A stretch of 64,000 bases of DNA from Deltaproteobacteria bacterium. GTDB taxonomy: Bacteria; Myxococcota_A; UBA9042; PHBI01. Below, piece after piece: positions 16,741-25,585 of this stretch (its first letter is position 1; every line of letters begins with the position of its first letter). The notes under the pieces are model-generated. The model was not told the origin of the DNA. It saw only the letters and a program-made list of their open reading frames with translations, and did no database searches. Position numbers and translations under genes: made by a program. The DNA is taken from contig JAEUKJ010000340.1 of the NCBI GenBank assembly GCA_016792665.1, forward strand, positions 28,880-92,879, written 5' to 3'.

Positions 16741-19374
16741 TCACGGTCCCCCTCCGATCAGCGTCGGCACCCCATCGCGCACGAACGTCCCCACCCACGC
16801 CGCGAACTGTCGCTTCGCCCGCGCGTCGCGGAAGAGCGCGAAGTGCCCATCGTATCCATCGGGCTGCACCTGGATCATTACCGCGGTCGCCGCCCCTCCC
16901 GGCTCGGTCAGGTTCGCTTTGACCGGCGGCTCGAGCTTCTGGAACGCGGCGCCGAGATCCTTCAGCACCGGGTTCGCGACCGCGAGGCGCAGGGCGCGCG
17001 CAAAGGTCTCGATGGTGGCCGGCGGCGTGTAGGTGTCGCCCAGCCCATAGACATGCAGCACGTGCTGGACGCCGAGGGCGGCCGCGCGCTCGACCGTCGC
17101 GGCCCGCGCGTGGTTCAGCGGGTCGACCGGATCGAAGAGCCCCTGGATGAGGGTCAGCGCCGGGTGCATGTCGCCGAGCGTCGCGGGCACGAAGCCGTCG
17201 AGCTCCTGCAGCGCGATGGCCACCGCCTTGGGCGCATCGACCGGACTCTTCTTGGCGAGCAGCGACAGCACCAGCCCCGCCCCGGCACCCGACCACACGA
17301 CCGCCCCGATCCCCGGCTCCCAGGCGGTTGCGAGCGGCCCGGTCGTCGCGCCTTGCGAGTGCCCGACATAGAGCACCCGGGTCGGGTCGAAGCGGATCGC
17401 CTCGCCGGTCGGGCTCTTGTCGGCGGCCAGCGACCAGGTCCCCAGCACGCGCACCAGCGCGAAGAGATCGGCCGCCCCCTGGACGAGGTTGCCGCGCGCC
17501 GCCAGCGGGTTCGCGAAGTTGTAGAAGAGGCCCTCGGGATCGAGGTCCACCCCGCGCCGCTTGCCGTGCATGGGGCCGTCCCATCCGACCGTGGCCACGT
17601 GTAGCGGGGCCGCCTCGGGAGGGCTGTCGGGCAGGGTCGCGGGGTCGATGTCGGCCAGCACGGCGCCGACGTCGCGCACCGCCGAGCGGAAGCTGCCGCC
17701 GGTCCCGTGCCCGTAGATCGCCACCGGCCAGCCGCCGCTCGGCATCGTGCCGTGCTTGGGGATCGTCATCGAGACACATACGTCCTCGGTGCCCTGCAGG
17801 ATCGGTCGCCCTGCATCATCGAGCACGAGACCGCCCCCGTCCTCGGGACGCAGGTACGGACGTGTGCCAGCCTGCACCTTCGGCAGCGGCAAGAGCAGGT
17901 GCAGCTCGTAGAAGGCGTCGTCCTCCTCGAAGCACCCGCGCACGTGGGCGTCCCCGGTCAGCCCGTCATCGCAGGGCGACACGACCCCGGCCGCGCACTT
18001 CGTCAGCGCCTTGGCCTGGGGCATCGGGCTCGCCGCGATCGCCTCGCGGACCTTCGGCATGAGCTCGGTCGAGCGCTGCGTCGTGAAGACCGCGGCCGCG
18101 ATGACCCGCCCCTTCGGCAGGGCCGCGCCCTCATCGGCGAGGTAGTCGCGCAGCGGCTGATAGCGATCCCACGCCACGCCCAGCTCGGGCTCGCTCGGAC
18201 GGGCCTCTGCCAACATCGCCTGCATGTCCGCGTCGGCCCCGAACAGCGCCCCGTCGCGGGTCTTCACGCCCTCGCCGAGGATCACCGCATAGGTCGTCCC
18301 CGGCAGGAGCGGCGCATACCAGGCCGGGTGCACGCCGACGTAGCGCGGGCACACGTACTTCGACCCGCCGTCGGTCACGAAGTACCCGAAGTCCGGGGTC
18401 CACTTGTACTGTGGCGAAGCCTTGTCGATATTGACGAAGTACAGCGTCGGCTCGCCGGGCGGTGGGTTCTGGATGCCGCCGGCCCAGATCGACCCCAGAT
18501 CGAAGCCGCGCGACAGGCGGAACAGGACGGCCGGCTCGTTCGAGAAGCCGGTCTGCACCTGCTCGGCCGCGTCGATGACCCGCGCCACCGGGTCGAAGCC
18601 GACGACGCCGGGCCCGGGGGTCGGGAAGCCGCTGAGGTCGACGCGCCCGTTCTTCATGCGGATGTCGTTCGGGAAGGGCAGCCGGAAGAAGTCGCTCGCT
18701 GTGCCCGCGCGTGGCACCTCGAAGTGCACGACCGGCGGGTCGACGAGGTCCTCGTTCTCGCACACGACGCCCGACCACGGCCTCAACCCGAAGACCGGCG
18801 ACCCGGCCGCGCACGCACCGTTCGCGTCGCAGACGAGGCCCGCCTGGCAGTCCTGGAGGGTCGCGCACGCGGCGTCGATGTCGCCCGTGCCGGCCGCGAC
18901 GCACGATCCGGAGAACCCCAGCGACAGGCACACGAGCCCGGCCTCGCAGTCCCCAGCAGTCGCGCAGGTCGTGCCGACGGCGCCGTCCCCGGCCGGGGTG
19001 CAGACGCCGCTCAGCGCGCAGTAGAGGCCGTCGGCGCACTCGGTGCTGGTCACGCAGGGCTGGTTCTGGGGCGTGACGCCCGCGGCCTGGCAGGTGCCCG
19101 CGACGCACTGAAGCCCGAAGCGGCAGTCGGACAGGGCACCGGCGGTCTGGCACGCCTCGCCGGTCTTCTTGCCGCCGGTCGGGTCGCGCGTGATGTCGCC
19201 GATGTCGAAGCTGTCGAGGTTGATGTCGAGGGCCGACTTGAAGAAGTCCCGACATCCCGTGAGCGCCGCGACGCACGCGACCGCGACCCCCAGCCGTGAG
19301 AGCCATGACCTGGACTGGCCACGCCCGACCTCAACCGAGCCCTCGTGTCCGTCGCGCGCGTTCGCCTCGCCCAT
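16741..19374 (-). CDS. secreted lipoprotein alpha/beta-hydrolase (lipase/esterase) with four N-terminal Cys-rich repeats
   Basis: ORF 16741..19458. ATG at 19374. Lipobox LTGC. Four ~25-aa C-x6-C-x5-C-type repeats (CQTAGALSDCRFGLQCVAGTC...) resemble the Myxococcus cysteine-rich repeat. Nucleophile elbow YVGHSQGATTG (G-H-S-x-G) and oxyanion-region IYGHGTGGS. The stop lies 18 nt before the next gene's ATG. Confidence 0.75.
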   Translation of the reverse strand: MGEANARDGHEGSVEVGRGQSRSWLSRLGVAVACVAALTGCRDFFKSALDINLDSFDIGDITRDPTGGKKTGEACQTAGALSDCRFGLQCVAGTCQAAGVTPQNQPCVTSTECADGLYCALSGVCTPAGDGAVGTTCATAGDCEAGLVCLSLGFSGSCVAAGTGDIDAACATLQDCQAGLVCDANGACAAGSPVFGLRPWSGVVCENEDLVDPPVVHFEVPRAGTASDFFRLPFPNDIRMKNGRVDLSGFPTPGPGVVGFDPVARVIDAAEQVQTGFSNEPAVLFRLSRGFDLGSIWAGGIQNPPPGEPTLYFVNIDKASPQYKWTPDFGYFVTDGGSKYVCPRYVGVHPAWYAPLLPGTTYAVILGEGVKTRDGALFGADADMQAMLAEARPSEPELGVAWDRYQPLRDYLADEGAALPKGRVIAAAVFTTQRSTELMPKVREAIAASPMPQAKALTKCAAGVVSPCDDGLTGDAHVRGCFEEDDAFYELHLLLPLPKVQAGTRPYLRPEDGGGLVLDDAGRPILQGTEDVCVSMTIPKHGTMPSGGWPVAIYGHGTGGSFRSAVRDVGAVLADIDPATLPDSPPEAAPLHVATVGWDGPMHGKRRGVDLDPEGLFYNFANPLAARGNLVQGAADLFALVRVLGTWSLAADKSPTGEAIRFDPTRVLYVGHSQGATTGPLATAWEPGIGAVVWSGAGAGLVLSLLAKKSPVDAPKAVAIALQELDGFVPATLGDMHPALTLIQGLFDPVDPLNHARAATVERAAALGVQHVLHVYGLGDTYTPPATIETFARALRLAVANPVLKDLGAAFQKLEPPVKANLTEPGGAATAVMIQVQPDGYDGHFALFRDARAKRQFAAWVGTFVRDGVPTLIGGGP

Positions 19375-19464
19375 GATGCCCCTCCGAATGACGCCCTCCG
19401 GGTCGCGCGGGAGCCTACCATCGCCGCGCGCTCGCTGCACCCCGCCCGCCTGGACCACGTGGGA

Positions 19465-19728
19465 CTACGTGCGCGTGCGCGCGGGCCTCAGCGCGAGTCG
19501 CCGCCGCGCCGGCACCTGCACGGGCTCGCCGGTCGCGGGGTTCTTGGCGAGGCGCGGGCCCAGCGCACGGGCCTCGAAGGTGCCGAAGCCGCGGATGGCG
19601 ACGGAGCGGCCGGCCGCGAGCTCGGTCGGGATGACGACGTCGAAGAGGGCGTCGACCACGCGCGCGACCTCGTCTTTGCCGAGGCCCGTGTGGCGCGCGA
19701 GGCTCTGGATCAGCTGGGTCTTGTTCAT
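19465..19728 (-). CDS. HU/IHF-family DNA-binding protein (87 aa)
   Basis: ORF 19465..19842. The internal ATG at 19728 gives MNKTQLIQSLARHTGLGKDEVARVVDALFDVV...RGFGTFEARA...NPATGEPVQVPA, which is canonical HU. The C-terminal tail is unusually Arg-rich. Confidence 0.8.
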   Translation of the reverse strand: MNKTQLIQSLARHTGLGKDEVARVVDALFDVVIPTELAAGRSVAIRGFGTFEARALGPRLAKNPATGEPVQVPARRRLALRPARTRT

Positions 19729-19859
19729 CGACGGACGACCCCTGGGAGCGCTTCCGAGGCGGCCCCCAGCGGGACCGACGGCAAGGTGGAGACGACGCGG
19801 CCAAGACTCCCACCACAACGGGTGACGTCCGGCGCGCGGCATACTACAGTCCCGCCGCC

Positions 19860-20555
19860 ATGGTCGACCAGCGCCCCGAACCCCGTCCCCGTCGCCGCTT
19901 CCGGCTCCCCCGACTGCCGCGTCTGCGCGGGCGCGGCGCCTCGAAGGCCAAGAAGGAGAAGCGGCGTCCGCTCTCGGAAGAGATCAAGAAGCTCCCGAAC
20001 CTGCTGACGCTGGGCCGCGTGGCCCTCATCCCGCCGGTCATGTACTTCCTCCTGCTCGACACGAAGCTCGGCAACTTCGTGGCGACGCTCTTGTTCTCGG
20101 TCGCGGCGATCACCGATTGGCTCGACGGCTACCTCGCGCGCAAGCAGGGCCTCGAGTCGCTCCTCGGCAAGTTCCTCGATCCCCTGGCCGACAAGCTCAT
20201 CGTGCAGGCCGTGCTGATCATCGCGGCCGAGCTCGGGCGCATCCCAGGCTGGTTCGTGGTGCTCTTGCTGTCGCGCGAGATCGCTATCACCGGGCTCCGC
20301 GCCATCGCATCCTCGGAGGGGCTCTCGATCGACGTCGCCCAGTCGGGCAAGATGAAGACCGCGCTGCAGCTCGTCGGCCTCGTCGCGCTCATCCTGAACG
20401 AGCGCTTCACGATCGACTTCCTCATCACCGAGGCGTCCATCGACTTCAACGTGGTCGGCGTCGTGCTCCTCTCGCTGAGCATGGTCTTCTCGCTGCTCTC
20501 GGCCTTCACCTACTTCCGCGGCTTCGCCCAGGCGGTCGACGCACGCTCGAAGTGA
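19860..20555 (+). CDS. pgsA: CDP-diacylglycerol--glycerol-3-phosphate 3-phosphatidyltransferase (CDP-alcohol phosphatidyltransferase)
   Basis: Signature D-x2-DG-x2-AR-x8-G-x3-D-x3-D (DWLDGYLARKQGLESLLGKFLDPLADK). Membrane protein. The start may lie downstream of the basic N-terminal extension. Confidence 0.85.
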   Translation: MVDQRPEPRPRRRFRLPRLPRLRGRGASKAKKEKRRPLSEEIKKLPNLLTLGRVALIPPVMYFLLLDTKLGNFVATLLFSVAAITDWLDGYLARKQGLESLLGKFLDPLADKLIVQAVLIIAAELGRIPGWFVVLLLSREIAITGLRAIASSEGLSIDVAQSGKMKTALQLVGLVALILNERFTIDFLITEASIDFNVVGVVLLSLSMVFSLLSAFTYFRGFAQAVDARSK

Positions 20556-20633
20556 CGCCCGCGACCTCGCCCCATGCTTGACCGCCCGCGCGCATCGCTG
20601 CTACGCGGGGGACCCCGTCCGAAGGAGCCTCTC

Positions 20634-21734
20634 ATGCGTCTTGGAACAAGCCTGTCGAAGTCCTGGACCATCGCGCTCCTCGTGCCGTTCGCGGGTCTCG
20701 CCGCATGTGACGGTGCGGCCACGGAAGACGACGGGCTCGACACCATCACGGCCGGCATCATCGCCGAGGGCTCGCCCGAGGCGCTCGGCATCCTCGGCTT
20801 CCTGAACGCCGTCACGACCACCGTGACCACGCTCGATATCACCGTCGGCCTCGACGCCCGCGCCGCCAAGGCCCTCGTCGCGCACCGCGACGGCCCCGAC
20901 AAGGCCTTCGGCACGGCCGACGACGACCGCTTCGGGTCGGTCCTCGAGGTCGACTCGGTCGCCTATGTCGGCACCGCGGCCCTCGACAAGCTGCTCGCGT
21001 ACTGCCGCAACAACAACCTCATCCCGCAGCCCAGCGACGTCCTCGGCACCTACCGCGACGTCCTCTTCACCATCGACGAGGGCACCAAGACCCTGGCGCT
21101 GGTCAACACCGCGACGCTCGAGCGCCTCGATGCGCTCATCGATGTGCGCGCCGCCAAGAACATCATCGCGGCCCGCCCCATCGCGTCGGTGCTCGACCTC
21201 TCGAAGATCACCTACGTCGGCACCAACGCGCTGAAGGTCCTGAAGGCCGCCGCCCTCGCCGGCCCGACCCAGCCGCCCGGCGCGACCGTCGCGGCCCACC
21301 TCGCCACGGCCTCGAACGGCCTCTGGCACACCAGCGAGTCGGACTACCCGTTCGTCGTCGTGCGCATCGCCGCCCCGCCCACCGGCTCGGCCGCGCTGAC
21401 CACGGCCAACATCAAGTCGGTCCTGGCCTCGGTCTACATGAATCGCCCCGAGGAGCCGACGCTTGCCCAGCGCGACGTCGAGCTCGTGACCCTCGACAGC
21501 TTCTTCGACCGCTACACGGTCGTCCAGGGCTGGTGGGAGGACGACCAGCGCGTCCAGGCCCCGGCGTTCTCCGCGCTGCGCCAGCTCCTCGAGCGCGAGC
21601 TCACCGACGTCAAGGTGTTCCGCCTCGGCCGCCGCTCGGGCAACTATCTGATGGGCGCCATCGACGTCTTCATCCTGGGCCGCACCTCGGATGGCGAGGT
21701 CGTCGGCATCAGCACGATCTCCGTCGAGACCTGA
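20634..21734 (+). CDS. hypothetical lipoprotein with two ComEA-like helix-hairpin-helix motifs
   Basis: ORF 20574..21734. ATG at 20634. Lipobox FAGLAAC. HhH repeats LNAVTTTVTTLDITVGLDARAAKALVAHRDG and VNTATLERLDALIDVRAAKNIIAARP. The C-terminal ~170 aa have unknown function. Confidence 0.6.
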   Translation: MRLGTSLSKSWTIALLVPFAGLAACDGAATEDDGLDTITAGIIAEGSPEALGILGFLNAVTTTVTTLDITVGLDARAAKALVAHRDGPDKAFGTADDDRFGSVLEVDSVAYVGTAALDKLLAYCRNNNLIPQPSDVLGTYRDVLFTIDEGTKTLALVNTATLERLDALIDVRAAKNIIAARPIASVLDLSKITYVGTNALKVLKAAALAGPTQPPGATVAAHLATASNGLWHTSESDYPFVVVRIAAPPTGSAALTTANIKSVLASVYMNRPEEPTLAQRDVELVTLDSFFDRYTVVQGWWEDDQRVQAPAFSALRQLLERELTDVKVFRLGRRSGNYLMGAIDVFILGRTSDGEVVGISTISVET

Positions 21735-21977
21735 TCGCGGCGCCGGGTTCGAGCATGCCTTGTCTCGTTGGGTCTGCGCGTGGTGGGTGTGCTCGCGTGT
21801 GGTGGCCCGCTCACGCCGCCGCCGCTGTCGCCAGCCCTGCCGGCGACAAGACCATCGCCATCCCGAAGCCGGTGCCGATCGGCGCGATCCACCCGGGCTC
21901 ACGCTGGGCCGACGACGTCGCGATCTCGGAACTCGGCCTCGTTGCAGATTCGACCGTCGGGCGCTATCCACCGCCCC

Positions 21978-22742
21978 ATGCCGAAGCCCCTCGTCCAGCG
22001 CCACCTCGTCGCAGACCTGTCGCCGTCCCTCTGGGACGAGGTCTGGGAGTTCGCGTCGCGCTTCAACGAAGGCTCGCGACAGGCCTTCGAGGCGAGCCTC
22101 CGCGCCAAGCGCTTCCTCGTGACCCTCCGTGAGCGGCCGTCCAAGCGGCTCATCGGCATCGGCGCGATCGACGTTTACCCCTTCGACGGGCCGCGTGCAG
22201 ACGCCCACGGCCGACCCGGCCGATGCATCGTCATCTACACCGGCAACCTCGCCTTCGAGCCCGGCCTCCGCGGATTCAGCCTGGTCCAGCGCATCGGCTT
22301 CAAGTGCTACCTCGAGGCCCGCCTGCGCCACCCGCTCACGCCCGTCTGGCTCTTCTACGACACGTTCAGCTACAAGAGCTACCTCATGCTCGCCAACAAC
22401 TTCGGGACCTACTGGCCGCGCTTCGACCGCGCGACACCACCCGACGTCCTGGACTTCATCGACCGCCTCGGCCAGCACCGCTATGCGGCCGGCTGGGACG
22501 TCACGCGCGGCCTCTGTCGCGGCGGAGAGAGGCGCCTCCGCTCGGGCGTCGCGGACGTCACGCCCGACCTCCTCGACAACCCGTTCATTCGCTACTTCGC
22601 GGCGCGCAACCCCGGCTACGCCAACGGCGACATGCTGGCCGTGGTGGCTCCACTGAACGTCTCGAACTGGCAAGCCGTGTGGCGGCGGTTCTGGCAGCGG
22701 AAGAAGCGCAACGCCTCGCCCGACCTCAAGGTCGATCGCTGA
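21978..22742 (+). CDS. hypothetical cytoplasmic protein (254 aa), possible acyltransferase-like fold
   Basis: ORF 21768..22742. The first ATG after the Pro/Arg-rich junk is MPKPLVQRH. No recognisable catalytic motif. Convergent with moaDE, overlapping it by 17 bp. Confidence 0.45.
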   Translation: MPKPLVQRHLVADLSPSLWDEVWEFASRFNEGSRQAFEASLRAKRFLVTLRERPSKRLIGIGAIDVYPFDGPRADAHGRPGRCIVIYTGNLAFEPGLRGFSLVQRIGFKCYLEARLRHPLTPVWLFYDTFSYKSYLMLANNFGTYWPRFDRATPPDVLDFIDRLGQHRYAAGWDVTRGLCRGGERRLRSGVADVTPDLLDNPFIRYFAARNPGYANGDMLAVVAPLNVSNWQAVWRRFWQRKKRNASPDLKVDR

Positions 22743-23421
22743 CCCAGCTCGCCCCGTCGGGCCCGACCTCGCGCTTCCAGATCGGCACCTCGCGCTTCAA
22801 CAGTTCCAAGAGCTCGCGCAGCGCCTCGAAGGCGGCCGCGCGGTGCGCACTGCCAGCTGCCGCGATGACCGCGACGTCGCCGACGACCAGCCTCCCCACG
22901 CGGTGATGGATCGCCAGCCGCGTGCCCGGCCACTGCGCCTCACACGCGGCCACGATCTCCGCGAGCTTGGTCTGGGCCATCGACGGATAGGCCTCGTACT
23001 CGAGCTCGGTCACCGCTCGTCCGCGCGCGTGGTCTCGCACCACCCCCGAGAACGTCAGCACCGCCCCGTGCCCCGGCCCACCGACGAGCCCCGCCAACGC
23101 CGCCGCCCGCGCATCGTCCAGCACCTCGGGCCCCAGCGCGACCTTGGCCACACCCGCCCCGTGCTCGTCGCCCGACCCGCCCGCGACCGGCGGGATCAAG
23201 ACCAGCTCGCGCCCCTCGCCGACCGCGGCGTCCAACGCCACGAACTCACCGTCGAGGGCGACCCTCACGCTCGGCATCAGCACGCCCAACGCCGGATGCC
23301 GTTCCACAATCGCGAGCACCACCGCGCCCACGGTCGCGTCGTCGGCGACCTCGAAGGTCTCGCTCGCGACCCCGACCTTCTCCCTGACATGCGCGAAGTA
23401 CAGCGTCGCTATCGTCTTCAT
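22726..23421 (-). CDS. moaDE: molybdopterin synthase MoaD-MoaE fusion protein
   Basis: N-terminal MoaD with a ThiS/ubiquitin fold ending in ...IPPVAGG. C-terminal MoaE motifs LTFSGVVRD, AIHHRVG and PIWKRE. Confidence 0.8.
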   Translation of the reverse strand: MKTIATLYFAHVREKVGVASETFEVADDATVGAVVLAIVERHPALGVLMPSVRVALDGEFVALDAAVGEGRELVLIPPVAGGSGDEHGAGVAKVALGPEVLDDARAAALAGLVGGPGHGAVLTFSGVVRDHARGRAVTELEYEAYPSMAQTKLAEIVAACEAQWPGTRLAIHHRVGRLVVGDVAVIAAAGSAHRAAAFEALRELLELLKREVPIWKREVGPDGASWVSDRP

Positions 23422-23633
23422 CGCCCCATCCTATCGACCCTCCCGCCCCGCGTCACCTGCGCCCCATGCGGCGTCGTCACGCGCAAAGTATCGACGCCGG
23501 TCTTTGACCTTTGCCGTTCAAGCTCGTAAATGATCGTTTTCGCACACCCCGGCACCCAATGCGTATCCGTGGTCGCGATCCCCCAGTGGGCGCGACTCGG
23601 ACCGCGGCGTACCCGCATATCCAAGGCGATGAC
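23422..23633. promoter_or_regulatory. divergent intergenic region between moaDE and the PAS kinase (promoters; possible 5'-UTR element of moaDE)
   Basis: 212 bp with a locally AT-richer core (caaagtatcgacgccggtctttgacctttgccgttcaagctcgtaaatgatcgttttcg). A Moco riboswitch was considered but could not be confirmed by eye. Confidence 0.3.
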
Positions 23634-25136
23634 ATGAACCTCGCATCGCTCGAGCTCCTCCTCGAAGCCGTCCCCGACGCCATGCTCATCGTGGACGAGG
23701 CCGGCATCATCGTCGCCGCCAACACCCAGACGGAGCGCCTTTTCGGTTGGACGCGGGCCGAGCTCGAGCGCCAGCCCATCGACCTCCTCGTGCCCGAGCG
23801 TTACCACGCACAACACGGTCCACACCGCGCCAGCTACTTCGCGGAGCCGCGCCCGCGGCCGATGGGCGCTGGCCTGGATCTCCTCGCCCGCAGAAAGGAC
23901 GGCTCCGAGTTCCCATGCGAGGTGAGCCTCGCCCCAACCCACGTCGACGACACGAGGCTCGTCACGGTCGCGGTCCGCGACATCGCCGAACGGAAGCGCG
24001 TCGAGGAAAAGTACCGTCGCTTCCTCGACGCCGCCCCCGACGCCCTCGTCATCGTCGGCCCCGACGGCCTCATCGTGCACGTGAACTCGCGCACCGAGCA
24101 GCTCTTCGGACACGCGCGCGAGAACCTCCTGGGCCGCCCCGTCGAGGTCCTGATGGCCGAGCGCTTCCGCGGCCGCCACGAGCGCCACCGCGTCGGCTAC
24201 TTCCACGAGCCGGTCGTGCGCGCCATGGGCTCGGGCCTGGAGCTCTTCGGCCTCCGCGCCGACGGCCACGAGTTCCCGGTCGAGATCAGCCTGAGCCCCG
24301 TCGAGACCGCCGAGGGGGTCCTCGTCGCCAGCGCCATCCGCGACATCTCCCAACGCAAGGCGGTCGAGGCCGTGCTCCACCGCGCCCACGAGGACCTCGG
24401 CGCCAAGACCGCCCAGCTCGAGGCCGCCAACCGCGAGCTCGAGGCCTTCAGCTACTCCGTCGCCCACGACCTGCGCGCCCCGCTCCGCGGCATGATGGGC
24501 TTCACGCAGATCCTGCTCTCGGACCATGCCGCCGAGCTCTCCCCCGACGCGCGCGACTGCCTGGACGAGATCAACGCCAGCAGCCGCAAGATGGGCGCCC
24601 TCATCGACGCCCTGCTCACGCTGTCGCGCGTCACGCGCGGCTCGCTCGAGCCCGAGCGCGTGGACCTCGGTGCACTCGCCCGCGAGGTCGCCGCCGAGCT
24701 CCGAGCCACCGAGCCCGAGCGCAAGGTCGAGGTCGTCATCGGCCCCCACCTCGAGACCACCCTCGACCCACGTCTCGCCCGCGGTCTCATCGAGAACCTC
24801 GTCGGCAACGCCTGGAAGTTCACGCGCCTCGTGCCGGACGCGCGCATCGAGATCGGCTCGACCGACCGCCTCGACGAGGGCGCGGACGTCGACGGCGAGC
24901 TCGCCTTCTTCGTCGCCGACAACGGCGCCGGCTTCGACATGGCGTATGTCGACAAGCTCTTTGCCCCCTTCCAGCGGCTGCACGCCGCCCGCGACTACCC
25001 AGGAACGGGCATCGGGCTCGCCACCGTCCAACGCATCCTGAGCCGGCATGGTGGGCGCATCTGGGCCCGCTCTGCGGTCGGCCAAGGGGCGACCTTCTGG
25101 TTCAGCACCCCTCAACGCAAAGAGGTCGCCTCATGA
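23634..25136 (+). CDS. sensor histidine kinase with two PAS domains (PAS-PAS-HisKA-HATPase_c)
   Basis: ORF 23511..25136. ATG MNLASLELL. Two PAS blocks (LLEAVPDAMLIVDEAGIIVAAN... and FLDAAPDALVIVGPDGLIVHVN...). H-box SYSVAHDLRAPLR. N, G1 and G2 boxes (NAWKFT, DNGAGFD, GTGIGL). Confidence 0.85.
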   Translation: MNLASLELLLEAVPDAMLIVDEAGIIVAANTQTERLFGWTRAELERQPIDLLVPERYHAQHGPHRASYFAEPRPRPMGAGLDLLARRKDGSEFPCEVSLAPTHVDDTRLVTVAVRDIAERKRVEEKYRRFLDAAPDALVIVGPDGLIVHVNSRTEQLFGHARENLLGRPVEVLMAERFRGRHERHRVGYFHEPVVRAMGSGLELFGLRADGHEFPVEISLSPVETAEGVLVASAIRDISQRKAVEAVLHRAHEDLGAKTAQLEAANRELEAFSYSVAHDLRAPLRGMMGFTQILLSDHAAELSPDARDCLDEINASSRKMGALIDALLTLSRVTRGSLEPERVDLGALAREVAAELRATEPERKVEVVIGPHLETTLDPRLARGLIENLVGNAWKFTRLVPDARIEIGSTDRLDEGADVDGELAFFVADNGAGFDMAYVDKLFAPFQRLHAARDYPGTGIGLATVQRILSRHGGRIWARSAVGQGATFWFSTPQRKEVAS

Positions 25137-25585
25137 ACGACACGCGACGCTACCTCCTCCTCGTCGAGGACGATCCCACCGACGAGAAGCTGGCACTACG
25201 CGCGCTCGCGCGGTCGAGTCGCGAGGTCCCGATCGTCATCGCGCGGGACGGCGCCCTCGCGCTCGAGCACCTCATCGTCCCGAGCGACGCCGGCGATGCG
25301 ACCCCGCCGCGCCTGCCCGCCCTGGTGCTCCTCGATCTGAAGCTCCCGCGCATCGATGGGCTCGAGGTCTTGCGCCGCATCCGCGCCGACCCGCGCGCGC
25401 GCTTCGTGCCCGTCGTCATCCTCACCGCCTCGCGCGAAGACCGCGATCTGCTCGAGTCCTACTCCCTCGGCGCCAACGCGTACGTTCGAAAGCCGCTCGA
25501 CTTCGACGAGTTCGCGGCCGCGATGGGAGCCATCGCGCAGTTCTGGCTCGGGCTGAACGAGCCCGCACCGCGAGGGGTCTCATGA
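25133..25585 (+). CDS. single-domain CheY-like response regulator
   Basis: 150 aa. LLLVEDDPTD...LVLLDLKLPRIDG...VVILTAS...YVRKP. Start and stop overlap ATGA with both flanking kinases. Confidence 0.85.
   Translation: MNDTRRYLLLVEDDPTDEKLALRALARSSREVPIVIARDGALALEHLIVPSDAGDATPPRLPALVLLDLKLPRIDGLEVLRRIRADPRARFVPVVILTASREDRDLLESYSLGANAYVRKPLDFDEFAAAMGAIAQFWLGLNEPAPRGVS

Noticed and set aside
13580-17032. 1150-aa plus-strand ORF antisense to the beta-sandwich-repeat lipoprotein; also 5180-6703 (-) inside the amidase gene and 40403-42484 (+) antisense to the Fe-S oxidoreductase
   Set aside because: Low-complexity Arg/Gly/Asp-rich translations without motifs. The opposite or alternative frames carry recognisable domains.
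23422-23633. Moco riboswitch in the moaDE 5' region
   Set aside because: I could not identify the conserved Moco-motif core by eye. It is left as a suggestion for an Infernal search only.
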